A stretch of DNA of 64,000 bases from Minisyncoccota bacterium (GCA_028711065.1 JAQTSY010000003.1:65136-129135), one strand, 5' to 3'. Positions 37,631 to 47,891 are shown, counted from the first letter of the stretch. Made by a program: numbers and translations. Notes: generated by a model from the sequence alone, not told the origin.

Positions 37631-38236
37631 TTATACTGTAATTAGACCCTTAAGAAAGCTCTGACGATGGATATCCGAAGGTCCATGCTTTTTTATGGCT
37701 CTGTAATGGGCTTTTGTGCCGTAGCCTTTGTGAATCTCGAAACCGAATTCGGGGTATTTTTTTGAGAGTCGAGCCATCTTTTTGTCACGGTGGACTTTGG
37801 CAATAACCGATGCAAGAGAAATGATTTTTACTTTCCTGTCGCCCCTGATAATTGTTTTCTGATTTTTGAATTCTTTGGGAGCATAGAGCGAGCCGTCTAA
37901 GAAGATTTCACATTCGCTCGGAATTGCTTCGAGTTTTTTCAAGCAGTTTTTGAGCGCGCGCCGTACGGCGCGCGCCAGCCCAATCTTGTCTATAGTGAAA
38001 TTTTGGACTGAAGAAATAGAAAACTGAATGACACCTTTTTCTTTTTCTGATTTCGCGATTTTTGACCACTCCTCACGTGCCCTTTCTGTAAGCTGTTTCG
38101 AATCCCTTACCCCGCGAAAAATTTCCGAGAAATTTTTCGCGGCCCCCTTCTCCACCATAACAGCGCACAAAGTCACCGGCCCAGCAAGTGGCCCCCGTCC
38201 CACCTCATCGATTCCAATACTATACTTGACGCTCAT
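37631..38236 (-). CDS. rnhB: Ribonuclease HII
   Basis: IGIDEVGRGPLAGPV N-terminal catalytic motif. Confidence 0.85.
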   Translation of the reverse strand: MSVKYSIGIDEVGRGPLAGPVTLCAVMVEKGAAKNFSEIFRGVRDSKQLTERAREEWSKIAKSEKEKGVIQFSISSVQNFTIDKIGLARAVRRALKNCLKKLEAIPSECEIFLDGSLYAPKEFKNQKTIIRGDRKVKIISLASVIAKVHRDKKMARLSKKYPEFGFEIHKGYGTKAHYRAIKKHGPSDIHRQSFLKGLITV

Positions 38237-38331
38237 CTAAAAATCTTATCATGCTTTTTTGCACTTTTAATATGTGATAAATTATTACAAGGAACGGGCA
38301 CATCAAAAACATACATCAAGGAGAAGCGAGC

Positions 38332-38808
38332 ATGAAAAAAAATACCCCAAAAGTGTGGGTTGAAGGGAGAAAGCCGATGCACGGACAGGTTGTTCTCAAG
38401 GGAAAATCGGAGGACCCTGGCCTTAATCGGCTGGGAGATAGGTGGGAAGCCAGAGTCACTGTAAACCACAAGACATCGGACTTGACCGGGGCACTTCTCA
38501 TCGAGAAAGGCGGTCGAACACACCCCCGAGGAGTGACCGGAAAGTTGGTGGGAAACAGATTTTGGTTCCTGCTACAAGGAAACCGGGAGGGAGGAAGTGT
38601 TATCTTCGTCCTTGAGCGGGATGGGGAGAAAATGAATTGCCGAGGGTTGTGGGCGTTTCTTAGATTCCTTCGTTACGAAGATGTGGCGCAAGAATCACTG
38701 ACGGAAATTGCAGAAGGACTCCAAGAGACTGCACTCGGTGGAAAGACTGAATGCACTCTTCCACGTCCTACGGGAAAATGCCGCGCATTCCGTGATGAAG
38801 AAAAATGA
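38332..38808 (+). CDS. Hypothetical protein (GC-rich)
   Basis: AAGGAGA SD 7 nt before the ATG; 158 aa; no recognised domain. Confidence 0.45.
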   Translation: MKKNTPKVWVEGRKPMHGQVVLKGKSEDPGLNRLGDRWEARVTVNHKTSDLTGALLIEKGGRTHPRGVTGKLVGNRFWFLLQGNREGGSVIFVLERDGEKMNCRGLWAFLRFLRYEDVAQESLTEIAEGLQETALGGKTECTLPRPTGKCRAFRDEEK

Positions 38809-38937
38809 GTACATTCCGTGTGCTGTAACGACCCGCCTTTACCGGTTGGTCGTTTTTCTTGTTCCATCATTGACGAACGAGTACTGGATGCTATCTTTAT
38901 GCGAGGAAAAAGCACAAAAAACCACGGGGAGGACACC

Positions 38938-39255
38938 ATGAGCGCAAGTAGACGCATCAATCCCAGATTTGCGATCGGAGCAGCAATCGGGCGAGAAAGA
39001 AAAGAACGCGGAATATCGCGGGAAGAATTCGTTCGTAAAGTGAAGGTGGATAGGATAGACGCGGATCTCCTCGAGGAAATCGAGAAAGGCGAAGAAAACT
39101 TGGAAATCGCCAGTTGGAGATTCATCATCAAGTCCGCGGAGGTCTTGGGGATGTCACTGGAGGAGTTACTCATAAGTGCCCGCCCAGCAGAAATCTCCAT
39201 GGAGCGATTTCTGTTGGAACTTTTCTGTGACGAGATAAGAGAACGTCACGAATAG
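38938..39255 (+). CDS. XRE-family (Cro/C1-type) HTH transcriptional regulator
   Basis: IGAAIGRERKERGISREEFVRKVKV HTH-like segment; GGGGAGGA SD; the ORF extends in frame to 38818. Confidence 0.5.
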   Translation: MSASRRINPRFAIGAAIGRERKERGISREEFVRKVKVDRIDADLLEEIEKGEENLEIASWRFIIKSAEVLGMSLEELLISARPAEISMERFLLELFCDEIRERHE

Positions 39256-39256
39256 C

Positions 39257-39290
39257 AAAATGACCCGCCTTTAAGCCGGTCATTTTTTTG
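39257..39290 (+). terminator. Intrinsic terminator
   Basis: AATGACCCGC-CTTTAA-GCCGGTCATT plus T7. Confidence 0.6.
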
Positions 39291-39306
39291 TTATACTACA
39301 TCCACA

Positions 39307-42300
39307 ATGCCCTCGAAATTCGTCCATCTCCATACTCATAGCCATTATTCCCTACTCCAAGCCCTGCCAAAAATCCCAGAGCTCGTTTCGGCGGCAAAAG
39401 ATGCTGGGATGAATGCCCTTGCTCTTACCGACAATGGAAATCTCTATGGTGCCATCGAATTCTATCAAGCATGCAAAAAAGCTGGGATAAAACCCATCAT
39501 CGGCGTTGATGCGTACGTGGCGCTTCGCACTCGGCAAGACAAACAGGCCGGCGTAGACAACAGGCGCACTCGGCTCGTCCTTTTGGCAAAAAGCGAAACG
39601 GGATATAAAAATTTGATACAACTTGTCACTCGCGCAAACATCGAGGGCTTTTATTACCGGCCTCGCATTGATAGAGAGCTTCTCAAGCAAAATCATAATG
39701 GTCTTGTCTGCATCATGCCCGCTTTTAATGGAGAACTTTCTGAAGCGTTAAAAATCCACGATACGGAGAAAGCAAAAGAAATCGCTCATTGGTATCAGGA
39801 AATTTTTGGCCGTGATCTCTATCTCGAGATCACTCATCACCCGGAAATTGAAGGACATGAAGCGCTCGTGAAAGAAATCGTAGAATTTGGAAAAGCGGAA
39901 AAAATCCCCATCGTCGCCACGAATGATGTCTATTATCTTTCGCCGGATGACAGAAAAGCGAGGAATACGCTTCTCTCCATACAAAATAATGGCGAAGTGG
40001 GAGAACGAAATGCGTTCGGAGATGACGAACCCGATCTTTCTTTTATCAAAGAATCACAAGCGGAAGAATTTTTCAAAGATTTTCCTGAAGCTGTCGAAAA
40101 TACAATTAAAGTTGCCGAAAAATGTAATTTGGAATTGACGCTTGGGACGTGGTATTTCCCTGATATGAAAATTGAATCCGGCCGGACACCTGATGAAGAA
40201 TTGCGCCACCTCGTCATTGAAGGCCTCAAAACTCGCAAAATGGAAGAGACGGAAGAAGTGAAAAAACGATACGAATATGAGCTTGAGGTCATCAAAAATA
40301 AAGGATACTCAAAATATTTCCTCGTCGTGGGAGACCTTTTGCGTTTTGCACATGAAAATAAAATTTTAACTACCATTCGAGGTTCGGTCGCAGGCTCGCT
40401 CGTTACCTATCTCGCCGGCATCACCAATGTGAATCCGCTTGAATACAAAATTCCGTTCGAACGATTCTTAAACCCAGAACGACCCTCCGCGCCCGATATT
40501 GACATGGATTACGCCGATAACCGCCGAGACGAAGTGATCGCCTACGCTCGCAAAAAATACGGTGAGGAACACGTCGCGCAGATCGGAACATTCGGAACGA
40601 TGATGGCTCGAGGCTCTGTCCGCGACGTTGCCCGAGCACTTGGTTTTGCATATTCCGAAGGTGATCGCTTGGCAAAACTTATTCCAATGGGCGCACAAGG
40701 ATTTCCCATGACCATCGATCGCGCACTCGAAGATGTTCCGGAACTCAAAGAAGCATATGACAAAGAGGCCGATGCAAAAACCATCATCGATATGGCAAAA
40801 AAAATCGAGGGTTGTGCCCGACACGTGGGAGTCCATGCTGCTGGAGTTGTGATTGCGCCCACTCCCCTTACCGATTACACCCCGCTTCAGTTTGATCCCA
40901 AAGGCGAAGGAAAAATCATTACTCAATACGACATGTACAGCGTCGGAGAAGACGGCGTGGGACTTCTGAAATTCGACTTTCTTGGAATTAAAAATCTTTC
41001 GATTCTTGCAAGTTCCGTTGATCTCGTAGAGAAAATTCTGGGCCAGAAAATCGATATTGAGCATGTTCCGCTCAATGACAAGAAAACATTTGAAATGCTG
41101 GCACGCGGAGAAACGATCGGACTTTTCCAATTGAACGGTTCGGGCCTTACGAAATTTTTGAAAGACCTTCGCCCTTCAACAATTCTTGATATAAACGCAA
41201 TGGTGGCGCTGTATCGCCCAGGACCGCTTGAATCAATCCCCCGCTATATCGAGCGCAAGCATAATCCCCTCCTCATCCGCTATCTTGATCCGCGAATGAA
41301 AGATATTCTTGATCAAAGTTACGGAGTGATCACCTATCAGGATGACGTGCTTCTCATTGCCGTAAAGATCGGAGGTTATTCATGGCTTGAGGCAGACAAA
41401 CTTCGAAAAGCTATGGGAAAGAAAATTCCAGCTGAAATGGAAGCACAGAAAGAGAAACTCCAGTCAGCTTTCGTAAAAAATGGAATGAGTAAAGAAAAAG
41501 CGGAAGAACTTTGGAAACTGATCGAACCTTTCGCTGCATACGGATTCAACAAAGCCCACGCTGCGAGCTATGGACGTGTCGCCTACCAGACCGCATATAT
41601 GAAAGCGAATTTCCCTGCTATTTATATGGCGGCAGTGCTCACAGCCGACGCCGGAGATGTGGAGAAAATCGCTGAGTTCATCGCGGAATGCAAGCGCATG
41701 GGAATTCCCGTGCTTCCTCCGTCTATCAACGAAAGTTTCCAGGATTTTACTGTCGTCAAAAATCCCGCGGGAACCAATCAAATCAGATTTGGATTAAACA
41801 CGATTAAAAATTTCGGCGAGGGTATTGCGAAAGTAATCATCGAAGAAAGAAAAACGAACGGGCAGTTCAAATCCCTTGTCGATTTTCTCGATCGCATCAA
41901 AGACAAAAATTTAAATAAAAAATCACTTGAAGCACTCATCAAATGCGGAGCAATGGACGAACTTGGCGAGCGAGGCACAATGCTCGGAAATCTTGAAGAC
42001 ATCCTTACTTATAACAAAGAGAAAAATAAGATCAAGAATCAGGATTCCCTTTTCGGCGGAATTGCGGGCGAGCATGAGAATCTCACGTTGAAATCGATGC
42101 CTCCTGCGGAACAAAAAGACAAGCTGGCGTGGGAAAAAGAGCTTCTCGGCCTCTATGTGTCCGGCCACCCACTCGATAATTTCAAAGAAAAGCTTGCGGG
42201 AAAAATTTCCATTCAGAAAATAAAAGAGACAATGAAAGAAGGCATGATGACCGTCGTCTCTGGAATTGTCGAAGAAGTAAAACCGATACAGACCAAAAAA

Positions 42301-42486
42301 GGCGATCAAATGGCATTTATAAAGCTCTCCGATATGAGCGGAACGATGGAGGTGGTCGTTTTCGCCCGCACCCTTGCAGAATTTAAAGCATTCCTTCTTC
42401 CCGAAGCCTGCATAGCGATTAAAGGCAAGGTTTCAATGCGAAATGGAGAATTTTCGCTTCTCTCTGAAGCAGTGAAAAAACTTTGA
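39307..42486 (+). CDS. dnaE: DNA polymerase III alpha subunit
   Basis: N-terminal PHP domain HLHTHSHYSLL; 1059 aa, collinear with DnaE. Confidence 0.9.
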   Translation: MPSKFVHLHTHSHYSLLQALPKIPELVSAAKDAGMNALALTDNGNLYGAIEFYQACKKAGIKPIIGVDAYVALRTRQDKQAGVDNRRTRLVLLAKSETGYKNLIQLVTRANIEGFYYRPRIDRELLKQNHNGLVCIMPAFNGELSEALKIHDTEKAKEIAHWYQEIFGRDLYLEITHHPEIEGHEALVKEIVEFGKAEKIPIVATNDVYYLSPDDRKARNTLLSIQNNGEVGERNAFGDDEPDLSFIKESQAEEFFKDFPEAVENTIKVAEKCNLELTLGTWYFPDMKIESGRTPDEELRHLVIEGLKTRKMEETEEVKKRYEYELEVIKNKGYSKYFLVVGDLLRFAHENKILTTIRGSVAGSLVTYLAGITNVNPLEYKIPFERFLNPERPSAPDIDMDYADNRRDEVIAYARKKYGEEHVAQIGTFGTMMARGSVRDVARALGFAYSEGDRLAKLIPMGAQGFPMTIDRALEDVPELKEAYDKEADAKTIIDMAKKIEGCARHVGVHAAGVVIAPTPLTDYTPLQFDPKGEGKIITQYDMYSVGEDGVGLLKFDFLGIKNLSILASSVDLVEKILGQKIDIEHVPLNDKKTFEMLARGETIGLFQLNGSGLTKFLKDLRPSTILDINAMVALYRPGPLESIPRYIERKHNPLLIRYLDPRMKDILDQSYGVITYQDDVLLIAVKIGGYSWLEADKLRKAMGKKIPAEMEAQKEKLQSAFVKNGMSKEKAEELWKLIEPFAAYGFNKAHAASYGRVAYQTAYMKANFPAIYMAAVLTADAGDVEKIAEFIAECKRMGIPVLPPSINESFQDFTVVKNPAGTNQIRFGLNTIKNFGEGIAKVIIEERKTNGQFKSLVDFLDRIKDKNLNKKSLEALIKCGAMDELGERGTMLGNLEDILTYNKEKNKIKNQDSLFGGIAGEHENLTLKSMPPAEQKDKLAWEKELLGLYVSGHPLDNFKEKLAGKISIQKIKETMKEGMMTVVSGIVEEVKPIQTKKGDQMAFIKLSDMSGTMEVVVFARTLAEFKAFLLPEACIAIKGKVSMRNGEFSLLSEAVKKL

Positions 42487-42561
42487 TTTTCGCCACACGA
42501 AAATCATGTCGAAAGATTTTTAGCCGAAGGCGTATAAAATTTTCGACATAAATAAACTTAT

Positions 42562-43014
42562 ATGAAAAAACCGTGGATTATTTTTGACTGGGGACGTACG
42601 CTTTACGATGCAGAAAATGCCGATCTATTTCCTGACACCATTGAAATCCTTGAGTATTTAAAAAATAAATACCGTTTAGCTATTGTCTCTTTGGCTAAAA
42701 AAGACGGAGATATTGAAAGACGAAAAGCTATTGTAAAAGAAAAGGACTTGGAAAAATATTTTGAATATATTGCTTTTACTGACGAAGACAAAGATGCTTT
42801 ATACGAGAAAACGGTACATCAATTCAAAATGAAGCCGGAAAAGACAGTGATTATCGACGACAGAATGTTCCGCGGAATACAGTGGGGAAATAAATTCGGA
42901 GCAACAACAATCTGGCTTCAAAAAGGAAAATTTGAGAATGAATTAGCGAATGAAGAAACCGGTCTCCCCACTTTTACAATCAAAAATTTGAAGGAGTTAA
43001 GGACTATCCTTTAA
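42562..43014 (+). CDS. HAD-like hydrolase (variant motif I)
   Basis: IIFDWGRTL (motif I-like) and TVIIDDR (motif IV-like); markedly AT-rich (~35% GC). Confidence 0.4.
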   Translation: MKKPWIIFDWGRTLYDAENADLFPDTIEILEYLKNKYRLAIVSLAKKDGDIERRKAIVKEKDLEKYFEYIAFTDEDKDALYEKTVHQFKMKPEKTVIIDDRMFRGIQWGNKFGATTIWLQKGKFENELANEETGLPTFTIKNLKELRTIL

Positions 43015-43768
43015 TACTTGTAAGTTCCAAAAAGAGGAAAAGTGGAATTTCTTTGCGGGCTTTGTCTTCCGCTACTGCTCGCGGGCCTTTTTGGCTCGCC
43101 TTGTGGGAAATCCATTCTTCGAGGCGGGTTACGGCCAAATTATTTTTACGAAACATTTTGAAATAGACTTGGAACGAACGATGGAATGAGACTGTGTGTT
43201 CACTTTCTTTTTGGCCTGGATGCATATCAATCTCGGTGCGGGATTCGGAAAGATATTCATCTACTCGGCGAAATTGAATTTTCTTCTTCTCATCGAATTC
43301 CCAGCCAGATTTTTGCGGGATTCGAAACGCTGGATGGTTGAGAACCAGATAGAGCTTCCCTGCCTTACGCAGTATCCGAGCCGCTTCAGCAATTGTCTCA
43401 GAAAGTTTCTCGATATTTTGAAGCGCAAGAATGCAAACTACTTTATCGAAAGATTCATTCTTCTCGAATGAAATATCATCCGACGGCGCAACATGGAAAA
43501 TGGCTTCTTTGGGCGCATCTTTTCTAGCAATTTGGATAAGTTCCGGAGCGATATCGGATCCGACAACATTCGCTCCCGCTTTTACAAATTCGCGCGAAAA
43601 AAATCCCTGCCCGCAAGCAATATCAAATATCCACTCCCCTTTTTTGATATCCATAAGCCGAAGGAGGTTCGGCAAAATAACTTTAGTTTGGTAGCTGTCG
43701 GCATCCTTCGAAAGAAGTTCGTCATACCAGCCAGCCACGTTCCCCCATGAGGTATCTTTCTTTTTCAT
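43004..43768 (-). CDS. Class I SAM-dependent methyltransferase
   Basis: FDIACGQGFF motif I; Methyltransf_11/25-like. Confidence 0.7.
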   Translation of the reverse strand: MKKKDTSWGNVAGWYDELLSKDADSYQTKVILPNLLRLMDIKKGEWIFDIACGQGFFSREFVKAGANVVGSDIAPELIQIARKDAPKEAIFHVAPSDDISFEKNESFDKVVCILALQNIEKLSETIAEAARILRKAGKLYLVLNHPAFRIPQKSGWEFDEKKKIQFRRVDEYLSESRTEIDMHPGQKESEHTVSFHRSFQVYFKMFRKNNLAVTRLEEWISHKASQKGPRAVAEDKARKEIPLFLFLELTSIKG

Positions 43769-43851
43769 AGGGGTACTTTAGCACAAATTGACCCGAAAAA
43801 TAGCTATGCTAGCATGGACGACAGGAAAACAACCTTCAAGGAGAATAAACC

Positions 43852-44157
43852 ATGCTGTCGGAAAATGACCCAGAAGAGGATAGAATCGCTATCCTTTTGG
43901 CCCAGCTTGCCCTGTCATACGAGAACAAACCGATTCTTCTTAAGTGCAACCCGCAGGGGGAAAGAAGAAAGCGCATCGAGGAGCTTCTCGAGAAGATAAA
44001 GCTCAACCTCGGAATTCTCGGTTTCGGGATGGGCAAAGAAGGTAGCAGTCTCTTGCCGGTGCCGGCAGGGTTCTGCTTTGTTCAAGCCCATCTCACGAAA
44101 ACATTTGGTCTGACACCTCCGCCTGAAAGGTGCTTCGTCGCGGAACTTAAGGAATGA
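43852..44157 (+). CDS. Hypothetical protein
   Basis: AAGGAGAA SD; followed by an intrinsic terminator; no known motif. Confidence 0.4.
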   Translation: MLSENDPEEDRIAILLAQLALSYENKPILLKCNPQGERRKRIEELLEKIKLNLGILGFGMGKEGSSLLPVPAGFCFVQAHLTKTFGLTPPPERCFVAELKE

Positions 44158-44186
44158 TTTCCTCTGTTTCTGCGACAAACACCCAA

Positions 44187-44215
44187 GCGACCCAAACAAC
44201 TGGGTCGCATTTTAT
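44187..44215 (+). terminator. Intrinsic terminator
   Basis: GCGACCC-AAACAAC-TGGGTCGC plus ATTTTATTT. Confidence 0.65.
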
Positions 44216-44245
44216 TTCTCATTTTGAAAAAATACCAGAAATGCT

Positions 44246-46003
44246 ATGATTACGGGCATGAAATCTGAAGAGAAGCTCGAACATAAACGCCACTCGCTCG
44301 CCCACCTCCTCGGTGCAACAGTACTTGAAATGTACCCAAAAGCGAAATTGGCAATTGGCCCCGCGATTGAAAACGGTTTTTATTACGATATTGAATTGCC
44401 AGAGACTATAAGCGACAACGACCTTCCCAAAATCGAGAAGGCAATGGAGAAAATGCTTCCAACTTGGAAGGAATTTACTCATAAAGAAGTCACTGAAGCC
44501 GAAGCGAAAAAATATTTCAAAGGAAATCCTTATAAACTCGAACTCATCGAGGAAATTGCCGGCAAAGGTGAGAAAATAACGCTCTACACTGCTGGAGAAT
44601 TCACAGACCTCTGCCGAGGAGGACATGTTGAGCATCCAGCGAAAGAAATTGATCCGTTAGGATTTACCCTCGTGCGAGTAGCAGGAGCGTACTGGCGAGG
44701 AGATGAGAAAAATAAAATGCTTACTCGTATTTATGGACTAGCATTCGATACAAAAGAAGAACTCGAGGCATACGAAAAACAGATCGAGGAAGCGAAAAAA
44801 AGAGATCACAAAAAACTCGGCCGAGAACTTGACCTCTTCACATTCTCTGATCTTGTCGGAGCGGGACTTCCCCTTTGGACTCCTAAAGGGACAATGCTTC
44901 GCGACATTCTCGATAATTTCGTATGGGAACTCCGGCAGAAATATGGATACGAAAAAGTAGATATTCCGCATATCACCAAAAAAGACCTTTACGAGACTTC
45001 GGGACACTGGGAAAAATTTAAAACCGAACTTTTCAGGATCGAAACGCGCGAAGGCCACGAATTCGTGATGAAGCCGATGAACTGTCCGCATCACACGCAA
45101 ATCTACGCACGCAAACCATGGAGCTACCGAGAGATGCCCCAGCGCTACGCTTCGACTACGAAAGTCTATCGCGATGAGCAATCGGGAGAGCTCTCTGGAT
45201 TGTCACGAGTGCGTGCCATCACTCAAGATGATGCTCATGTTTTCTGCCGACAATCACAAGTAAAAGAGGAAATGGAAAAGATTTGGAATATCATCGAGAC
45301 ATTTTATGGAGCGTTTGGTTTTGCTCTACAGGTTCGCCTCTCGCTTCACGATTCCCAAAATATGAAAGCGTATCTCGGAGATGAAGCGACGTGGCTGAAA
45401 GCAGAGAACGAACTTCGCGAACTTATTAAAGAAAAGGTGGCAAAAGCTATCGAAGCGCCGGGTGAGGCTGCGTTTTACGGACCGAAAGTGGATTTCATGG
45501 CTAAAGATTCTATTGGGCGAGAATGGCAAGTGGCGACAATACAACTCGATATGAATATGCCGGAGCGATTTGATCTGACCTGTACGAATGAAAAAGGCGA
45601 GAAGGAAAGGATTGTGATGCTTCACTGCGCTATTATGGGTTCAATCGAACGGCTGCTCTCCGTCCTCATCGAACATTATGCGGGCAACTTCCCTCTTTGG
45701 CTCTCCCCTGTCCAGGTGCGAGTATTGCCTGTCCGAGAATCCCACAATGAGTACGCGAAAGAAATTTATAAAAAACTTCGCGGAGCCGGAATTCGAGCGG
45801 AGGTTGCCCTTGAAGATATTGGGTTGGGGAAAAAAGTGCGCTCCGCAAAAGAAGAACGAGTTTCCTATTTCATAATTGTGGGAGATAAAGATATCGAAGC
45901 AAAGAAAGCAACACTCGAGCATCGCGAAAAAGGAAATCTGGGACAGATGAGTACGGAGGAAATCCTCCAGAAACTGATGGAAGAAATTAGGGAGAAAAAA
46001 TAG
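44246..46003 (+). CDS. thrS: Threonyl-tRNA synthetase (lacks the N-terminal TGS domain)
   Basis: Begins with an editing-domain HxxxH (HKRHSLAHLL); class II catalytic core and anticodon-binding domain; 585 aa. Confidence 0.9.
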   Translation: MITGMKSEEKLEHKRHSLAHLLGATVLEMYPKAKLAIGPAIENGFYYDIELPETISDNDLPKIEKAMEKMLPTWKEFTHKEVTEAEAKKYFKGNPYKLELIEEIAGKGEKITLYTAGEFTDLCRGGHVEHPAKEIDPLGFTLVRVAGAYWRGDEKNKMLTRIYGLAFDTKEELEAYEKQIEEAKKRDHKKLGRELDLFTFSDLVGAGLPLWTPKGTMLRDILDNFVWELRQKYGYEKVDIPHITKKDLYETSGHWEKFKTELFRIETREGHEFVMKPMNCPHHTQIYARKPWSYREMPQRYASTTKVYRDEQSGELSGLSRVRAITQDDAHVFCRQSQVKEEMEKIWNIIETFYGAFGFALQVRLSLHDSQNMKAYLGDEATWLKAENELRELIKEKVAKAIEAPGEAAFYGPKVDFMAKDSIGREWQVATIQLDMNMPERFDLTCTNEKGEKERIVMLHCAIMGSIERLLSVLIEHYAGNFPLWLSPVQVRVLPVRESHNEYAKEIYKKLRGAGIRAEVALEDIGLGKKVRSAKEERVSYFIIVGDKDIEAKKATLEHREKGNLGQMSTEEILQKLMEEIREKK

Positions 46004-46014
46004 ATTCAAACAGA

Positions 46015-46054
46015 AAGCCGCGCGACCCTTAAGGGTCGCGCGGCTTTTCTTTTT
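46015..46054. terminator. Bidirectional intrinsic terminator
   Basis: AAGCCGCGCGACCC-TTAA-GGGTCGCGCGGCTT perfect 14-bp stem plus T-tract. Confidence 0.8.
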
Positions 46055-46056
46055 AA

Positions 46057-47742
46057 TTAGATATTGTTAATTTTTTCTTTCGAGAGAGCAATCCAAGAAT
46101 CGTTTCCTGAAACAAGCTTCGCTTTCGCAATAACTCGCTTAAGAACTTCGCTTGCAATCGCCTTTTCAGCTTTTGCTTTCTTCATAATCGAAGCAATTGC
46201 ATCTTGAGATACAACCACATTTTCCTTTCGAGCTTCCTCTTCGAGAGAGCTTACGAGTGCGCTATTTTTAGCCATATCTCGAAGCACTTTCTTTCGGAAG
46301 ATGAAGTATGCGATCCATGCACTCCAGAGAATAAGAGCTCCAACGAATCCGACGAGCTTCCATGAAAGTTCAAGACCAGTATATGGAACCTGCGAGAGAT
46401 ACACTGCGGAAGAAAGCGGAGCGGCAGGAGGAAGAGTCGTAACTGTTACAGATGTTCCAAGCGTGCCTGTGATAAACACTGACCCGCAGTCTTCAGTCTG
46501 ACTATCTCCATTAGAACGGACAGTCAAAGAAACTCTTTTCGTTCCTGTTGAATCGTATCGAGTACGAAGACTTTCATTTGTTTTGCTTCCAATATTATCG
46601 GATGTTCTCCAAGAATAAGTATAGTCTCCATCACCCCCAGAGACATCGGATGACCAGTATACTACATCTCCAACTCGAGCATTGTGACGATCTGCTTCAC
46701 AAGTGAACGAGAGATCTCGGTTGTTATTTCTATCGACAGTCGCGCTACAGTTTCGAGTAATCGTCTGATTTCCAGATCGCACTTCTACTGTAGCTCGTTT
46801 CGTACCAGAACTTGAATATGATTCTTGCTCTGTTCGTGAACTTCCGGAAACAGCTCCGCTCCAATCGTATGAATACGAACCTGTTCCTCCAGAAGGAAAA
46901 ACTCTCCAAGTGACCGTTTCGTCACGATCTACATTGTTCGGACTTGCCTCACAATATGCATCAAGATTATTCTGCTCTTCCTGTACGAAAGTCGTACAAG
47001 AAGCAGTTTCTACCTGATTTCCAGATCGCACCTCAACAGTAGCGCGCTTAGTTCCAGAACTATTGTATGTTCTCGAAACATTCGAGCCTGAACCGGAAGC
47101 GTCACCGCTCCAGTTGTAGCTGTAATTGCCAATACCACCAGAAACGTTTGCTCTCCATGTTACGGAATCGCCAACATTTATATTCGTGTCACTTGCTACG
47201 CAATAGACAGAAAGTTGAGCGGGTACCGGAGTAGGATGTGGGGTTGGATGCGGAGTCGGACGCGGTGGAGGAGGCGGTGGGTAACAATTATATGAACAGC
47301 CAGGATTGTAGTTACAACCGTATGAACAGCCCGTATCATAATTATTGTAGTATCCAGTATTACAACCATACGAACAACCGTTGTCGTAATTATTATCGTA
47401 ATAGGTGCTATTACAATCAGTACAATCGGTATTGTCGTTGTATGTCGTACCGTAGTCGGTATTATCATTATAGGTAGTACCCCAATCAGTGCTGTCATTG
47501 TACGTAGTACCCCAATCCGTATTATCGTTGTATGTCGTACCCCAATCTGTACTATCATTATAGGTAGTACCCCAGTCAGTGCTGTCATTGTACGTAGTAC
47601 CCCAATCACCATTGTCGCTGTAATCATCCGCCAAAGCTTTTGTAGCGAATGGAAGAGTTGTACTAAAAAGTGCAACAACGAGAATAAGTATTCCCGCTAC
47701 TGTTTTAGCTGTATTCTTCTTTACTGAAAAAATGTTTTGCAT
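46057..47742 (-). CDS. Secreted tandem-repeat surface protein with three Ig/PKD-like repeats and a C-terminal VPYTG-TM-RKK sorting-signal-like segment
   Basis: Signal peptide; 6 copies of the 10-aa repeat DWGTTYNDxT; a Cys/Tyr-rich and Pro-rich segment; three ~95-aa repeats (VGDSVTWRANVSGGIGNYSYNWSG...); QVPYTGLE followed by a hydrophobic helix and RKK, then an unusual ~90-aa tail. Confidence 0.6.
   Translation of the reverse strand: MQNIFSVKKNTAKTVAGILILVVALFSTTLPFATKALADDYSDNGDWGTTYNDSTDWGTTYNDSTDWGTTYNDNTDWGTTYNDSTDWGTTYNDNTDYGTTYNDNTDCTDCNSTYYDNNYDNGCSYGCNTGYYNNYDTGCSYGCNYNPGCSYNCYPPPPPPRPTPHPTPHPTPVPAQLSVYCVASDTNINVGDSVTWRANVSGGIGNYSYNWSGDASGSGSNVSRTYNSSGTKRATVEVRSGNQVETASCTTFVQEEQNNLDAYCEASPNNVDRDETVTWRVFPSGGTGSYSYDWSGAVSGSSRTEQESYSSSGTKRATVEVRSGNQTITRNCSATVDRNNNRDLSFTCEADRHNARVGDVVYWSSDVSGGDGDYTYSWRTSDNIGSKTNESLRTRYDSTGTKRVSLTVRSNGDSQTEDCGSVFITGTLGTSVTVTTLPPAAPLSSAVYLSQVPYTGLELSWKLVGFVGALILWSAWIAYFIFRKKVLRDMAKNSALVSSLEEEARKENVVVSQDAIASIMKKAKAEKAIASEVLKRVIAKAKLVSGNDSWIALSKEKINNI
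47428..47630. repeat. Tandem 30-bp repeats (about 6.5 copies) encoding DWGTTYNDxT
   Basis: Reiterated ...GTAGTACCCCAATC[A/C]GT... units on the plus strand. Confidence 0.7.
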
Positions 47743-47814
47743 AATGTTTTAATTGCCTAAAAAAGCCATGATTGAAGCCGTTTTTAAGCTCTTTTAATTA
47801 CCTTACTCTTGTAT

Positions 47815-47843
47815 TATATAGTATATAGATACTATTGTCAAGT
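47815..47843 (-). promoter_or_regulatory. Consensus sigma-70 promoter (TTGACA-17-TATAAT) for the repeat surface protein
   Basis: Minus-strand -35 at 47843-47838 and -10 at 47820-47815. Confidence 0.55.
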
Positions 47844-47891
47844 ATTTAGCTTGATCCCCTAATACAGCACCTCATGCCGAGGTTAAGAACT

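Noticed and set aside
36968-37645. 225-aa plus-strand ORF overlapping rpmF and the rnhB end
   Set aside because: It overlaps the 5' end of the convincing L32 gene, and its product is Cys/Arg-rich junk; the minus-strand 152-aa ORF with a downstream terminator is the better, though still weak, candidate.
38673-39200. 175-aa minus-strand ORF overlapping the hypothetical 38332..38808 and the XRE-like gene
   Set aside because: The plus-strand ORFs each have an SD and a terminator; the minus-strand ORF spans both genes and lacks start signals.
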